The notes under the pieces are model-generated. The model was given only the letters and a program-made list of their open reading frames with translations. It did not search any database and had not been told where the DNA came from. A DNA stretch of 64,000 nt from an uncultured Acidimicrobiales bacterium (lineage in GTDB: Bacteria; Actinomycetota; Acidimicrobiia; Acidimicrobiales; VFJN01): positions 114,978-178,977 of the forward strand of contig CAWJGJ010000002.1 of NCBI GenBank assembly GCA_963842395.1, written 5' to 3'. A program made the translations under genes and the position numbers. This document shows positions 44,463-52,626 of the stretch, piece by piece. The first letter of the stretch is position 1. Each line of letters begins with the position of its first letter.

Positions 44463-45254
44463 TCAGCCCACGTTCCTCACGAACCGGCGTATCTCCGTCG
44501 CACACGCCTCGGGGTCTTCCACCACGCACGCGTGGCCGAGCCTCGGGAGTGCCGCGAGCTGCGACGCCGGGATCGCCGCGTGGAGCATTTCGGCGTTCGC
44601 GAGCGGCGACCGAGCGTCGGCCTCGCCGTGCAGAACGAGTGTCGGTACGTCGACCGTGGGCAGCACCGGGCGGAGGTCCGTCTCCGCGCCGATGTGGCCC
44701 GCCGCTCGAATGGTGTCCGGGCGTATGTTCTCTCGCATCATCGTGACCAGCGCCGCGGCGCGGTCGGCCGGTATGAGCTCCGTGAACAGGCCCGGGTAGG
44801 ACGTCGGGTCGAACGCGTCACCCAGGTCGGCCATGCCGAGGAACATCTCGAGCCGTCGTGCCACCTCCTCTGGTGGCAGAGACCCTGCCCAGCCCGCATA
44901 GCCACCGATGAGCACGAGACCGGCCGGCACCGCCGGGTGGTGCTGGAACAGCGAGAGGGCGACCATCGTCCCGAACGAGTGGCCCACCAGGTACGGCCGC
45001 TCGAGGCCGAGCGCGGCGATGAAGGCGGCGAGGGCATCGGCGAACCACGCGGCGCGCCAGGTGTCGTCGATGTCGGACGACTGGCCGAAGCCCGGTGCGT
45101 CCCAGGCGATGACGGTGTGGTCGCGTGAGAGGTCCGGGAGCATCCACTGCCACGTGCGGCTGTCGGCCGGTGCGCCGTGAAGCATCACGAGCGGCGGGCC
45201 GGAGCCCGCGTGGGCGTAGGCGATCCGGGTCCCGCCGACGTCAACGTGCTCCAT
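44463..45254 (-). CDS. Alpha/beta hydrolase
   Basis: PPLVMLHGAP, nucleophile elbow LVGHSFGT, C-terminal LGHACVVEDPE. ATG 45254. Confidence 0.9.
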   Translation of the reverse strand: MEHVDVGGTRIAYAHAGSGPPLVMLHGAPADSRTWQWMLPDLSRDHTVIAWDAPGFGQSSDIDDTWRAAWFADALAAFIAALGLERPYLVGHSFGTMVALSLFQHHPAVPAGLVLIGGYAGWAGSLPPEEVARRLEMFLGMADLGDAFDPTSYPGLFTELIPADRAAALVTMMRENIRPDTIRAAGHIGAETDLRPVLPTVDVPTLVLHGEADARSPLANAEMLHAAIPASQLAALPRLGHACVVEDPEACATEIRRFVRNVG

Positions 45255-45376
45255 GCGTGAATCCTGCCGCAGAACCGACGCCGGCGCAGCGCGCGCCGAT
45301 CCTCGTCCACCGCTGAGGAGCTGGACGTGGACGGCGTCCCGACGGTCGAGGGACCCGGCGGACGGTCGGTCGTCGT

Positions 45377-45781
45377 CTACTCGCCGTGCAGGAACAGGCA
45401 GAGCGGATGACCGGCCGGGTCGAGCATGATGCGCAGGCGGTCCTGGTTGCGGTCGGGCGGTTGCCATGACGCCTCGGTGCCGCCCGCCTCGACCGCACGG
45501 GCCACGGCGACCTCCAGGTCGTCGACCTCCACCTCGAAGTGCATCATCTTCGCCTGCTGCTCGGGCTTCTCGGGCCAGGTGGGCGGCACGTACCCCTTCA
45601 TGCCTTGGATGTTGAGGTGGACGCCGCCCGCCGGGTCCGACAGCTGCGCCCAGAACGGACCCACCTCGCGGACCTTGAAGCCGAGCAGGGCCTCGTAGAA
45701 GTGCGCCATCGGCGGCGCCTCCGCGCAGTCGATCGCGAGCCCGACCCACCGCACCGTCGCACCAGACGTCTCACCGGTCAT
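45377..45781 (-). CDS. VOC (glyoxalase/bleomycin-resistance/dioxygenase) family protein
   Basis: FYEALLGFKV ... HFEVEVDDLEVAVARAVEAG ... MLDPAGHPLCL. Confidence 0.8.
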   Translation of the reverse strand: MTGETSGATVRWVGLAIDCAEAPPMAHFYEALLGFKVREVGPFWAQLSDPAGGVHLNIQGMKGYVPPTWPEKPEQQAKMMHFEVEVDDLEVAVARAVEAGGTEASWQPPDRNQDRLRIMLDPAGHPLCLFLHGE

Positions 45782-45833
45782 GAACCGAGAGTCTCGCCAA
45801 CGCGAGCTACGCGAGCAACAGGTCCGGCGACCA

Positions 45834-46214
45834 TCAGAGCGGCCAGCGGATGATGCAGAACTCGTTGCCGAACGGGTCCTTCATGACGGCCCACTCGAGG
45901 AGATCCCTGCCCTCCGGGGCGTACATGCCCGGCCACCTCACGACGACGCCGCCGATCGCCTCGATCTCTGCGACCGCAGCGCCGACGTCGTCCACCCGGA
46001 AGTCGACATGGGTTCCTCCTGGCCCGCTCTGCTCGGGGACCAGCTGCAGCAGGATCCACCCGTCTGACTCCGCGGGGTCATCCGCGTCGAGGACGGAGAA
46101 CTGACCATGTCGCCCCTGAGGCGACAGCCCGGACACCGCCGACCAGAACCGCTCGCCCTCGTCCAGGTCGGTCACGTTGATGACGGGCTTCCAGAGCTTC
46201 GCGATACCGGCCAC
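45834..46214 (-). CDS. VOC family protein (second, adjacent)
   Basis: INVTDLDEGERFWSAVSGL ... THVDFRVDDVGAAVAEIEAIGG ... MKDPFGNEFCII. GTG 46214 chosen as start. Confidence 0.7.
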   Translation of the reverse strand: MAGIAKLWKPVINVTDLDEGERFWSAVSGLSPQGRHGQFSVLDADDPAESDGWILLQLVPEQSGPGGTHVDFRVDDVGAAVAEIEAIGGVVVRWPGMYAPEGRDLLEWAVMKDPFGNEFCIIRWPL

Positions 46215-46278
46215 GGGAACACGATGCCCCGTGGCCGGCGCGTCCTCAATGTGCGTTCGGCGGTGAACCCGTCGTCGC

Positions 46279-46869
46279 TCACGCCGACGTCGCGGACCTG
46301 GCGGAGGGTTGCGCCAGCGGCAGCGCGCACACCTTGGAGAACCCTTGGGACTCGATCCCCAACGCCGTGTTGCCCCTCGTCGTCGAGTTCGCGAATCCGA
46401 CAACGGCCGTGAGCTCCACCAGGGCCGGCGCTCCCAGCTTCTTGAGCAGCCGGGCGGACAGCTCGTCGGTGACCCGCGGGGGCGTCTCGCTCATCGCCTC
46501 GGCGTACTCCATGACGTCACGCTCGAGCGGCGTGAACACGGTCGACTCACGCCACCGGGGCACCTCGCTGGCCTTCGCCTCGTCGAGTCCCTCGTTGTGG
46601 GCCTTGAAGTAGTTGAAGTCGAGGCACCAGGAGCATCCGACCAGCGAGGCGACCGCCATGTGGGCGAAGGTCTTCAGGTCGGGATCGAGCTGGTCCCACT
46701 TCTCGACCTTGCGGCCGAACCCCATGGAGCTGAAGAGCACCGCCCGGTTGTGCCACATCACTCCGGCCCCCTCGGGGACCTCACCGAGAAGCTTTCGGCT
46801 GAATCGCTTCAGCATCCACCCGTAGAAGCCGGTGATCTCGGCCTTGGGAATCCGAGGTGTGCTCGCCAT
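46279..46869 (-). CDS. Carboxymuconolactone decarboxylase (AhpD-like) family protein
   Basis: AGGAGG RBS before ATG 46869. AHMAVASLVGCSWCLDFNYF (CxxC-type AhpD-like core) and VELTAVVGFANSTTR. Confidence 0.85.
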   Translation of the reverse strand: MASTPRIPKAEITGFYGWMLKRFSRKLLGEVPEGAGVMWHNRAVLFSSMGFGRKVEKWDQLDPDLKTFAHMAVASLVGCSWCLDFNYFKAHNEGLDEAKASEVPRWRESTVFTPLERDVMEYAEAMSETPPRVTDELSARLLKKLGAPALVELTAVVGFANSTTRGNTALGIESQGFSKVCALPLAQPSARSATSA

Positions 46870-46902
46870 TCTTGTTCCTCCTGTCGATGTCTTCGACATG
46901 AA

Positions 46903-46929
46903 GACACCGCCCGCGTCCCGTGTGTGACA
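46903..46929 (-). promoter_or_regulatory. ECF41-type promoter-like motif TGTCACA-N16-TGTC upstream of the CMD gene
   Basis: Minus strand reads TGTCACA(46929-46923)-cacgggacgcgggcgg-TGTC(46906-46903)TTCATGTCGAAGACA, about 30 nt upstream of the CMD RBS. The -10 side (cggTGTCTTCATGnCGAA) is identical to the element at 7398-7415. Confidence 0.55.
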
Positions 46930-47230
46930 GCCAGGCACGCCCGCCCCACGACCCCTGAACGTCCTCATGCGGGAAGGCGGCCCGACCACGAACCGTGGCG
47001 AAGGCATCTGCGTACGACCACTCGGTAGAGCGCACGCTTTGCGCAGCCACGTGAGCATCGGAGCCGATCATGCCTGCACATGTCGTTCACACCAACGCCC
47101 GCACTGTCGCCGCCCGCAGGGGGCGAGGCGCCCGGCTGGCCGACGACTTCACCGATGCGGCCGCCATGCCGCGCATCTGGTCGTGGCCTCCGGCCCGTCT
47201 GTGGCCGCCACCCGCTGAGCTGATCGAGGG

Positions 47231-47251
47231 AGCGTCGGCTTAGCCGACGCT
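47231..47251. other. Perfect 9-bp stem / 3-nt loop hairpin in a ~400-bp unassigned intergenic region
   Basis: AGCGTCGGC-TTA-GCCGACGCT. Confidence 0.4.
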
Positions 47252-47277
47252 GGCGGGCCGGTGATGAGCCCCATCCG

Positions 47278-48018
47278 ATGTGGCGCGTTCGGGAAGGCTC
47301 GTCCCCGGGTCCTAGAGTCGCATCGGTGGTCCTGTCAGTTGACGATGTCGTGCCGTTGCACCTCGCCGACGTGACCTTTCCGGACGGGCATCCCTTGCAC
47401 GGTGCGACGGGAGCGGTGCTGGCGTTCGCCTTGCGACACCCGACCGGCTTGCTGCTGTTCGAGACCGGCATCGGCACCGGCAATCAGTTCATCGACGACC
47501 TCTATCAGGTGCAGCAGCGGCCCATCGACGGCGCGCTCGCCGCGCACGGTCACGACGTCGACGACGTGCGGCTGATCGTCAACTCGCACCTGCACTTCGA
47601 CCACTGCGGCAACAACTCCCGCTTCCCGGGCGTGCCGATCTATGTCCAGGCCGCCGAGTACCAGGCGACCCGGGAGCCGTACTACACCGTGCCCGAGTGG
47701 GTCGACTTCGACGGCGCCGAGTACGCCGTCATCGACGGTGACGCACAGGTCGCCGAGGGCGTGCGCGTCCTGTCGACTCCTGGTCACTCACCCGGCCACC
47801 AATCCGTCGTCGTCGACACTGCCGATGGCGGCGTCGTGCTCGCGGGACAGGCGATCTACTCGAGGGCCGAGTACGAACTCCTGCAGGCAACCACCAGTGG
47901 GTCCGAGGACGCTCCCCCGCCCGACCGCGAGCACTACCTCGCATCAGCGGCTCGCCTCATGCAGCTGCGGCCCCGTCGCGTCCACTTCAGTCACGACACG
48001 GCCGTGTGGGAGCGGTAG
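47278..48018 (+). CDS. MBL-fold metallo-hydrolase (N-acyl-homoserine-lactonase-like)
   Basis: HLHFDHCGN zinc motif and STPGHSPGH. Exact start uncertain. Confidence 0.8.
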   Translation: MWRVREGSSPGPRVASVVLSVDDVVPLHLADVTFPDGHPLHGATGAVLAFALRHPTGLLLFETGIGTGNQFIDDLYQVQQRPIDGALAAHGHDVDDVRLIVNSHLHFDHCGNNSRFPGVPIYVQAAEYQATREPYYTVPEWVDFDGAEYAVIDGDAQVAEGVRVLSTPGHSPGHQSVVVDTADGGVVLAGQAIYSRAEYELLQATTSGSEDAPPPDREHYLASAARLMQLRPRRVHFSHDTAVWER

Positions 48019-48092
48019 CCGCGCCAACCTCCGCCAGCGGGGGCCCACGTAGGGTGCCTTGACGGTGACTCGTTGCGCGGTGAACGGCTCGA

Positions 48093-48923
48093 TCAACCGG
48101 CCCCTTCCGCGGCCCGGGGGTAGTCGTCGAGGACCCGCTCGTAGTCCCGGGGCGGAGCCACGGCGGACGGGTCGTAGTCGGGCTGGTACACCCACTCGCG
48201 CGCCTTGGCGGAGAGGGCCGCGACCGCGGCGGCCGCTTCCAGCGCCCGGTGGTTGGACGCCTCCCGCTCCTCGTCGGACATCCCCGCCCGGTCGATCTCG
48301 GTGATGTGGACGGCGGCGGCGAGGACGTGCTCGGCGTTGTGCTGCCGGTTGAAGGTGGCCCCCTCGGTGCGGAGCCGGAACGCCTCATCGGGCCCGCAGA
48401 GCCGGCGCAGCACGTCGTGCACGACCGCCCGGTGCTCGAACTCCTCGGCCATGTGCCACGTCCATAGCCGCATCGGCGTGGAGCCGTGGTCGCCGCAGAT
48501 GGCTGCGATCCCGCCGTCGATGAAGCCCCCGGCCAGGGCGCAGCCGGTGGACTCAAAGCCCTCGCAGTAGGCCAGGTTCCAGGCCAGCGAGCGGTTCTCC
48601 AGGAAGTCCTCGAGGTCGGCGGCGAAGGCGGCCTCGAACTCGCGCAGGCGTGGGTAGCGGGTGGTCAGCATCTCCATCAGGCCGTTGTGCAGCTTGTGGT
48701 GCTGGCCCTCCTGCTTGTTGAAGAGGTCGATCTCCTCGATGAGGTCGGCGTCGGCGACCGGGTCGAGCTGCTGCTTGGCCAGCCGCATCACCCGGATCAG
48801 GTACCGCTCGATCGGCGACGGGATGATCGCCCCGGCGTTGAAGATGGTCACGGCCTCGACGTTGTCGCCCCAGTGCGGGACGCTGTCGGAGAAGTCGAAG
48901 TCGGGGCGGCGGACGGTCAGCAT
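48093..48923 (-). CDS. Predicted metal-dependent hydrolase family protein
   Basis: GAGGAG RBS before ATG 48923. FNKQEGQHHKLH ... WHMAEEFEHRAVVHDV (His/Glu-rich helical motifs). Confidence 0.75.
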   Translation of the reverse strand: MLTVRRPDFDFSDSVPHWGDNVEAVTIFNAGAIIPSPIERYLIRVMRLAKQQLDPVADADLIEEIDLFNKQEGQHHKLHNGLMEMLTTRYPRLREFEAAFAADLEDFLENRSLAWNLAYCEGFESTGCALAGGFIDGGIAAICGDHGSTPMRLWTWHMAEEFEHRAVVHDVLRRLCGPDEAFRLRTEGATFNRQHNAEHVLAAAVHITEIDRAGMSDEEREASNHRALEAAAAVAALSAKAREWVYQPDYDPSAVAPPRDYERVLDDYPRAAEGAG

Positions 48924-48934
48924 CGGGTGTCTCC

Positions 48935-49130
48935 TCAGGCGCTCGATCGGGCGCGCCGGACGAGCCGGCCGGGCCAGCGCGTCGGTGCGGTCATCGTGGT
49001 CGATCGTCGGGACGCCGTCGACGAATGTCGCCACGTAGCCGACCACGCGTCGCGCGAGGCGGCCGGCGCCGCCGGGCAGGCTCAGCAGCGCATCGCCCAT
49101 CACCGGGGTTGCGATCACCGCTCCCTCCTC
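48935..49130 (-). pseudogene. 3' remnant of an N-acyl-D-amino-acid-deacylase-type amidohydrolase gene
   Basis: SLPGGAGRLARRVVGYVATFVDGVPTIDHDDRTDALA, then after a 1-nt shift PGRLVRRARSSA-TGA (48937-48935, overlapping the next gene's RBS). This matches the conserved C-terminus of that family as I recall it. No N-terminal ~450 aa are present. Confidence 0.45.
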
Positions 49131-49239
49131 GACTCGCTCGCCACCCGGCTGGCGGACGAGATTACCTACCGCGGGCGCCCCACCCGCGTCAGGCGCGAAC
49201 CCGGTTGCCGCGGGTCCTTCACGTTGAGAGCATCCTTCG

Positions 49240-49830
49240 ATGTCCTCCGATCTATCCGGCTGCGTCATCGTTACGGGAATGCCCGGCGCTGGGAAGTCGA
49301 CCGTCACCGGTCTCGCCGCGAGCTTGCTGCCGAAGGCAGCGCAGGTGAAGGGCGACGACATGACCCAGATGATCAGGAGCGGCTACGTGGGGTGGATGGG
49401 CGAGCCAGCTGACGAGGCGCTCCGCCAGGACGAGCTGTGCAACCGCAACATGTGCGACCTCGCCAACAACTTCCTCGACTTCGGGTTCACCGTCATGATG
49501 GACACCGTCCTCGCGGACCGGGCGGAGCTCGACTTCTTTCTGGCGCTGCTCTCCCCGAGGTCGGTGCGCCTGGTGGTCCTCACCCCGGGAATCGCAGTCT
49601 GCAAGCACCGGAACGAAGCTCGGGATCCCGCCGAACGCTTTGACTTCGATGGCTACGAGCGACTTCAGGACGACATGAACCGCGAGTTCGGCGACTCCGG
49701 ATGGTGGTTCGATACATCGGCGCTCACGCCCGCCGAGACGGCGGAACGAGTGGTCACCGAGGCGGTCGCTCGCACGGAGCCGCTCGCCGCCGGCTGGCAC
49801 GCCTGGCTCCGACACCTCCACGACGTGTAG
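49240..49830 (+). CDS. P-loop kinase (AAA_33 / chloramphenicol-phosphotransferase-like)
   Basis: Walker A VTGMPGAGKST. Size and layout of small-molecule/nucleotide kinases. Confidence 0.7.
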   Translation: MSSDLSGCVIVTGMPGAGKSTVTGLAASLLPKAAQVKGDDMTQMIRSGYVGWMGEPADEALRQDELCNRNMCDLANNFLDFGFTVMMDTVLADRAELDFFLALLSPRSVRLVVLTPGIAVCKHRNEARDPAERFDFDGYERLQDDMNREFGDSGWWFDTSALTPAETAERVVTEAVARTEPLAAGWHAWLRHLHDV

Positions 49831-49839
49831 GGCGGCGTG

Positions 49840-50628
49840 TCAGAGGAGGGCGGCGGCGAACTGGTCGTTGTGGTCGATCCACCAGCGGCGCCGGCGGTCA
49901 TAGCGCTCGCTGCCACCGGTCCGGTTCCACAGCGCGATGGCGTTCGGGGCACCAGCGTCGACGCTGCGCCGGACGGCCGACTCGATGCGGGCGATGGCAT
50001 CGCTCACGGCGGTGAGCAGCTCTGTCCGACCGTCCCGGTTCAGTCCGTAGGCGTCGGCGACGAGTCGTAGCCGTGCCGGCCGGTCGGCGGGTCGCCAGCC
50101 GAGCCGGGCCTGGTCGACGTCGTCGTCGATCGGTACGCAGAGACGGGCCAGCTGGGCCAGGTCGTAGACGGGTCGTCCAGGGGCAGCGAACTCGAAGTCG
50201 AGCAGCGCGACGGCGATGCCGCCACGGAAGACGACGTTCTCGGGACACACGTCGTTGTGGCACACGAGCGTCCCGCCCGCAGGGTCGGCCAGAGCGTCGT
50301 CCCAGGTGAGACCGTGAGGATCGAAGCCGCGGGCGGCGTCGTGCAGCCCGCGCAGCAGCCTGGCGACGGACGCCAGCGCGGTGTCGGACTGGCCCCAGTC
50401 CGGATAGGGCGGCACGGGGACCTCGCCGTCGATGAACACGAGGCGCTCGCGTCCGTCCTCGTCGATGCCGACTGGTGACGAGGCGCCCTCGAAGCCGGCG
50501 TGTCGCACCGCCCGCAGGAAGACGTGGATCGAACCCGAGTGCGGCGTCGCCGGGCGAAGCACGTGCGCACCGACGCGGACGACCTTGCCCGCGTTCGCGA
50601 TCCCGCCCTCGAGCTGCTGCTCGGTCAC
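49840..50628 (-). CDS. Aminoglycoside-phosphotransferase-family kinase
   Basis: LVCHNDVCPENVVFRGGIAVALLDFEFAAPG (HxDxxxxN ... D motif). GTG 50628. Confidence 0.8.
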   Translation of the reverse strand: MTEQQLEGGIANAGKVVRVGAHVLRPATPHSGSIHVFLRAVRHAGFEGASSPVGIDEDGRERLVFIDGEVPVPPYPDWGQSDTALASVARLLRGLHDAARGFDPHGLTWDDALADPAGGTLVCHNDVCPENVVFRGGIAVALLDFEFAAPGRPVYDLAQLARLCVPIDDDVDQARLGWRPADRPARLRLVADAYGLNRDGRTELLTAVSDAIARIESAVRRSVDAGAPNAIALWNRTGGSERYDRRRRWWIDHNDQFAAALL

Positions 50629-50791
50629 ACCGCCACTGTGACAGGCGAATGGTGCAGCGGCAGCTCTGTCGACCGGACGGATTCCCGCATCCACGCTGGC
50701 CGCGCGGCCCGCTGTCCGCGCGGCGAGGCAGATCGGAGCCAGTGGGTGCGAGCCGTCTTGGCGCCGACGTCCGACGGTGGATCCGTGACGT

Positions 50792-50953
50792 TCAATAGAC
50801 GTCGGTGTTCTCGGCGTTCGGGTCGTAGAAGATCCGACCGGGGTCTCGCTCGGCGTGATCCGTGTCGCCGGGCGACGGGTCGAGCATCCCGCCGGCGGTC
50901 GCGCCGACTGCGGCGAGCGCCAAGGCCGCCAGAACGATTCCGAGCTTGCGCAT
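50792..50953 (-). CDS. Small secreted protein (53 aa)
   Basis: GGGAGGGA RBS before ATG 50953. Signal peptide MRKLGIVLAALALAAVGATAGG. Acidic mature part DPSPGDTDHAERDPGRIFYDPNAENTDVY. Confidence 0.5.
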   Translation of the reverse strand: MRKLGIVLAALALAAVGATAGGMLDPSPGDTDHAERDPGRIFYDPNAENTDVY

Positions 50954-51175
50954 GGTCCCTCCCGAGGAACGATTCGTCGCCCTGCGTTCGAGCCTGCCCG
51001 GAACGCCGGATGTCGGCTCGCCGTGCGAGCGGTCGCCTGCACCGATGAGTGGTCGGCCCCTCGAGGGCCCGATCGAAGATCTGGGCGACGGTCGCTTCCG
51101 AGCGGTGCTCGCCTCTGCACTCGACCAGACCAACCGTCGCCAGATGCGCGGATGCGTCGAGGACTGGGCGGTCGA

Positions 51176-51910
51176 TCACGCCCTCGTGGACGTCGTCAGC
51201 CTCGGGCCCGGCTGAGCCGCCTGCGGGCTCCGCTGAGCCGCCTGTGGGCATGGCGACCGGCCCGCATGCCTGGAGCGCACGAACCGTTCAGCGCCGGCGA
51301 CGCCGAGCACCGCCAGCAGCAAGCCGCCCACCACATCGGACGTCCAGTGGACGCCCAGCCAGACGCGGCTGACCGCGACCGCGCCGGCGAGGAGCCAGAC
51401 TCCGATGGCGACCGTCCACCACACCAGCCGGCGGCGCGTGTAGAGCGCGACGACGAGCGGCAGCATCCCCCAACTCGCCGCCGTCGCGAGCGGATGGCCA
51501 CTCGGGAACGACGGGCCGTTGCCGGGGACGAGACGGTCACCCGCGGGCCGGTCGCGCGAGACCAGCTCCTTCAGGCCCCACTCCGCAAGCGGTCGGGCGA
51601 GCGCGATGACCACGATCGCGATGGCAAGCTGCGGGCACCGCCGCCAGGCAAGCAGGGCTGCGACCGCTGACACTGCGAGCACGACGCGCGTCGACCCGAG
51701 CGACGACACACGGAGGAACAGCCAGTCGACCTCCGGGCCCCGGGCATCGACGGCAGCGCCCGTGATGGGACGGTCCCACGGCAGGGCGTCCGCCCACGCG
51801 CCCACCGCCAGGGCGAGGAACACCGCGCCCACAACCGGCAGCAGCCACCGATGCCGGGCCTGCACCTGCATCAGCGTCATCGGTGCGTCGACGTGGAGGT
51901 TCGCCGCCAT
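51176..51910 (-). CDS. PAP2-family phosphatase (membrane)
   Basis: KELVSRDRP ... PSGH ... SRVWLGVHWTSD (the three PAP2 motifs). Confidence 0.85.
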   Translation of the reverse strand: MAANLHVDAPMTLMQVQARHRWLLPVVGAVFLALAVGAWADALPWDRPITGAAVDARGPEVDWLFLRVSSLGSTRVVLAVSAVAALLAWRRCPQLAIAIVVIALARPLAEWGLKELVSRDRPAGDRLVPGNGPSFPSGHPLATAASWGMLPLVVALYTRRRLVWWTVAIGVWLLAGAVAVSRVWLGVHWTSDVVGGLLLAVLGVAGAERFVRSRHAGRSPCPQAAQRSPQAAQPGPRLTTSTRA

Positions 51911-52062
51911 GGCACGCCCACACTACGACGGACCAACGGAGTGCGGGCAAAGCCGCGCGCCCGGCTCCAGCGCCGTCAACCCCTTATCGCATTGCCGGAC
52001 CCTGCTCAGGCAGGCGCGCCGCCGGGACGGTGGCCCTCGCGGTCGAGCGACGTGTCAGGCCA

Positions 52063-52096
52063 CGTTCGTCCGGCGGACGCCCGGTGTTCGTCCGGC
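52063..52096. repeat. 12-nt direct repeat GTTCGTCCGGCG x2, 22 bp apart, in a 370-bp leader
   Basis: Copies at 52063-52074 and 52085-52096. A degenerate third copy GTTCCGGCG lies near 52125. Confidence 0.4.
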
Positions 52097-52281
52097 GTTC
52101 CCGTCGCGGCGCCCGGGTCGGCACCGTTCCGGCGATCCGACGCCTGAAGCACCCATTCAGGGTGATGTTCCGGCCCCCGTTCGGGTGGACAGTCGACCCG
52201 GGTGGCTGCGGTAGCCCTGAACGAGACCAGACCATCAGCGCCGCGCTCAGCCTCGAACCCAATGACAAACGGAGGCTCGAC

Positions 52282-52557
52282 ATGATGCGTCGTCGTAGGC
52301 CCATCGCTCGAATGGCAACCACCGCAGTCGTCGCGGGAACCGCAGCCCACATGGGGGCCAGGTCGGCTCAGCAGAGCGCGGCCGCCCAGGCGCCGGCTGC
52401 CCCACCCGCCCCGTATCCAGAGGCGGCACCGGTCGCACCCGCGCCTCAGGAGAGCCCGCAGATCGAAGAGCTCAGGCAGCTCGCCGCCCTCAAGGACCAG
52501 GGCATCCTCACCGAGGAGGAGTTCGCCGCCAAGAAGGCACAGATCCTCGGAATCTGA
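52282..52557 (+). CDS. SHOCT-domain small protein
   Basis: ACGGAGG RBS before ATG 52282. Pro/Ala-rich middle. C-terminal IEELRQLAALKDQGILTEEEFAAKKAQILG is a SHOCT motif. Confidence 0.75.
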   Translation: MMRRRRPIARMATTAVVAGTAAHMGARSAQQSAAAQAPAAPPAPYPEAAPVAPAPQESPQIEELRQLAALKDQGILTEEEFAAKKAQILGI

Positions 52558-52626
52558 TCCGACCGCCGGAGAGGCGCAGCTCTTGACTGGCAGCCAACCC
52601 TGCCGGTGCTGACGCGTCGACCCTGT

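Noticed and set aside
47070-47243. 57-codon plus-strand ORF (MPAHVVHTNARTVAARRGRG...) faintly reminiscent of IS481-type transposase N-termini.
   Set aside because: The similarity is limited to a few residues. There is no following transposase body, no inverted repeats and no RBS.
50524-50537. 11-12 nt match (GGATCGAACCC) to the T-arm region of the tRNA-Met gene, which could be an attachment-site remnant of an island bounded by the tRNA.
   Set aside because: The match is too short and lies inside an intact kinase gene. There is no integrase and no second repeat. Most likely coincidence.
51911-52281. Known riboswitch (for example the cyclic-di-AMP or SAM classes) in the long SHOCT leader.
   Set aside because: I could not find the conserved core sequences of any class I remember. 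It is retained only as an unassigned structured or repeat region.
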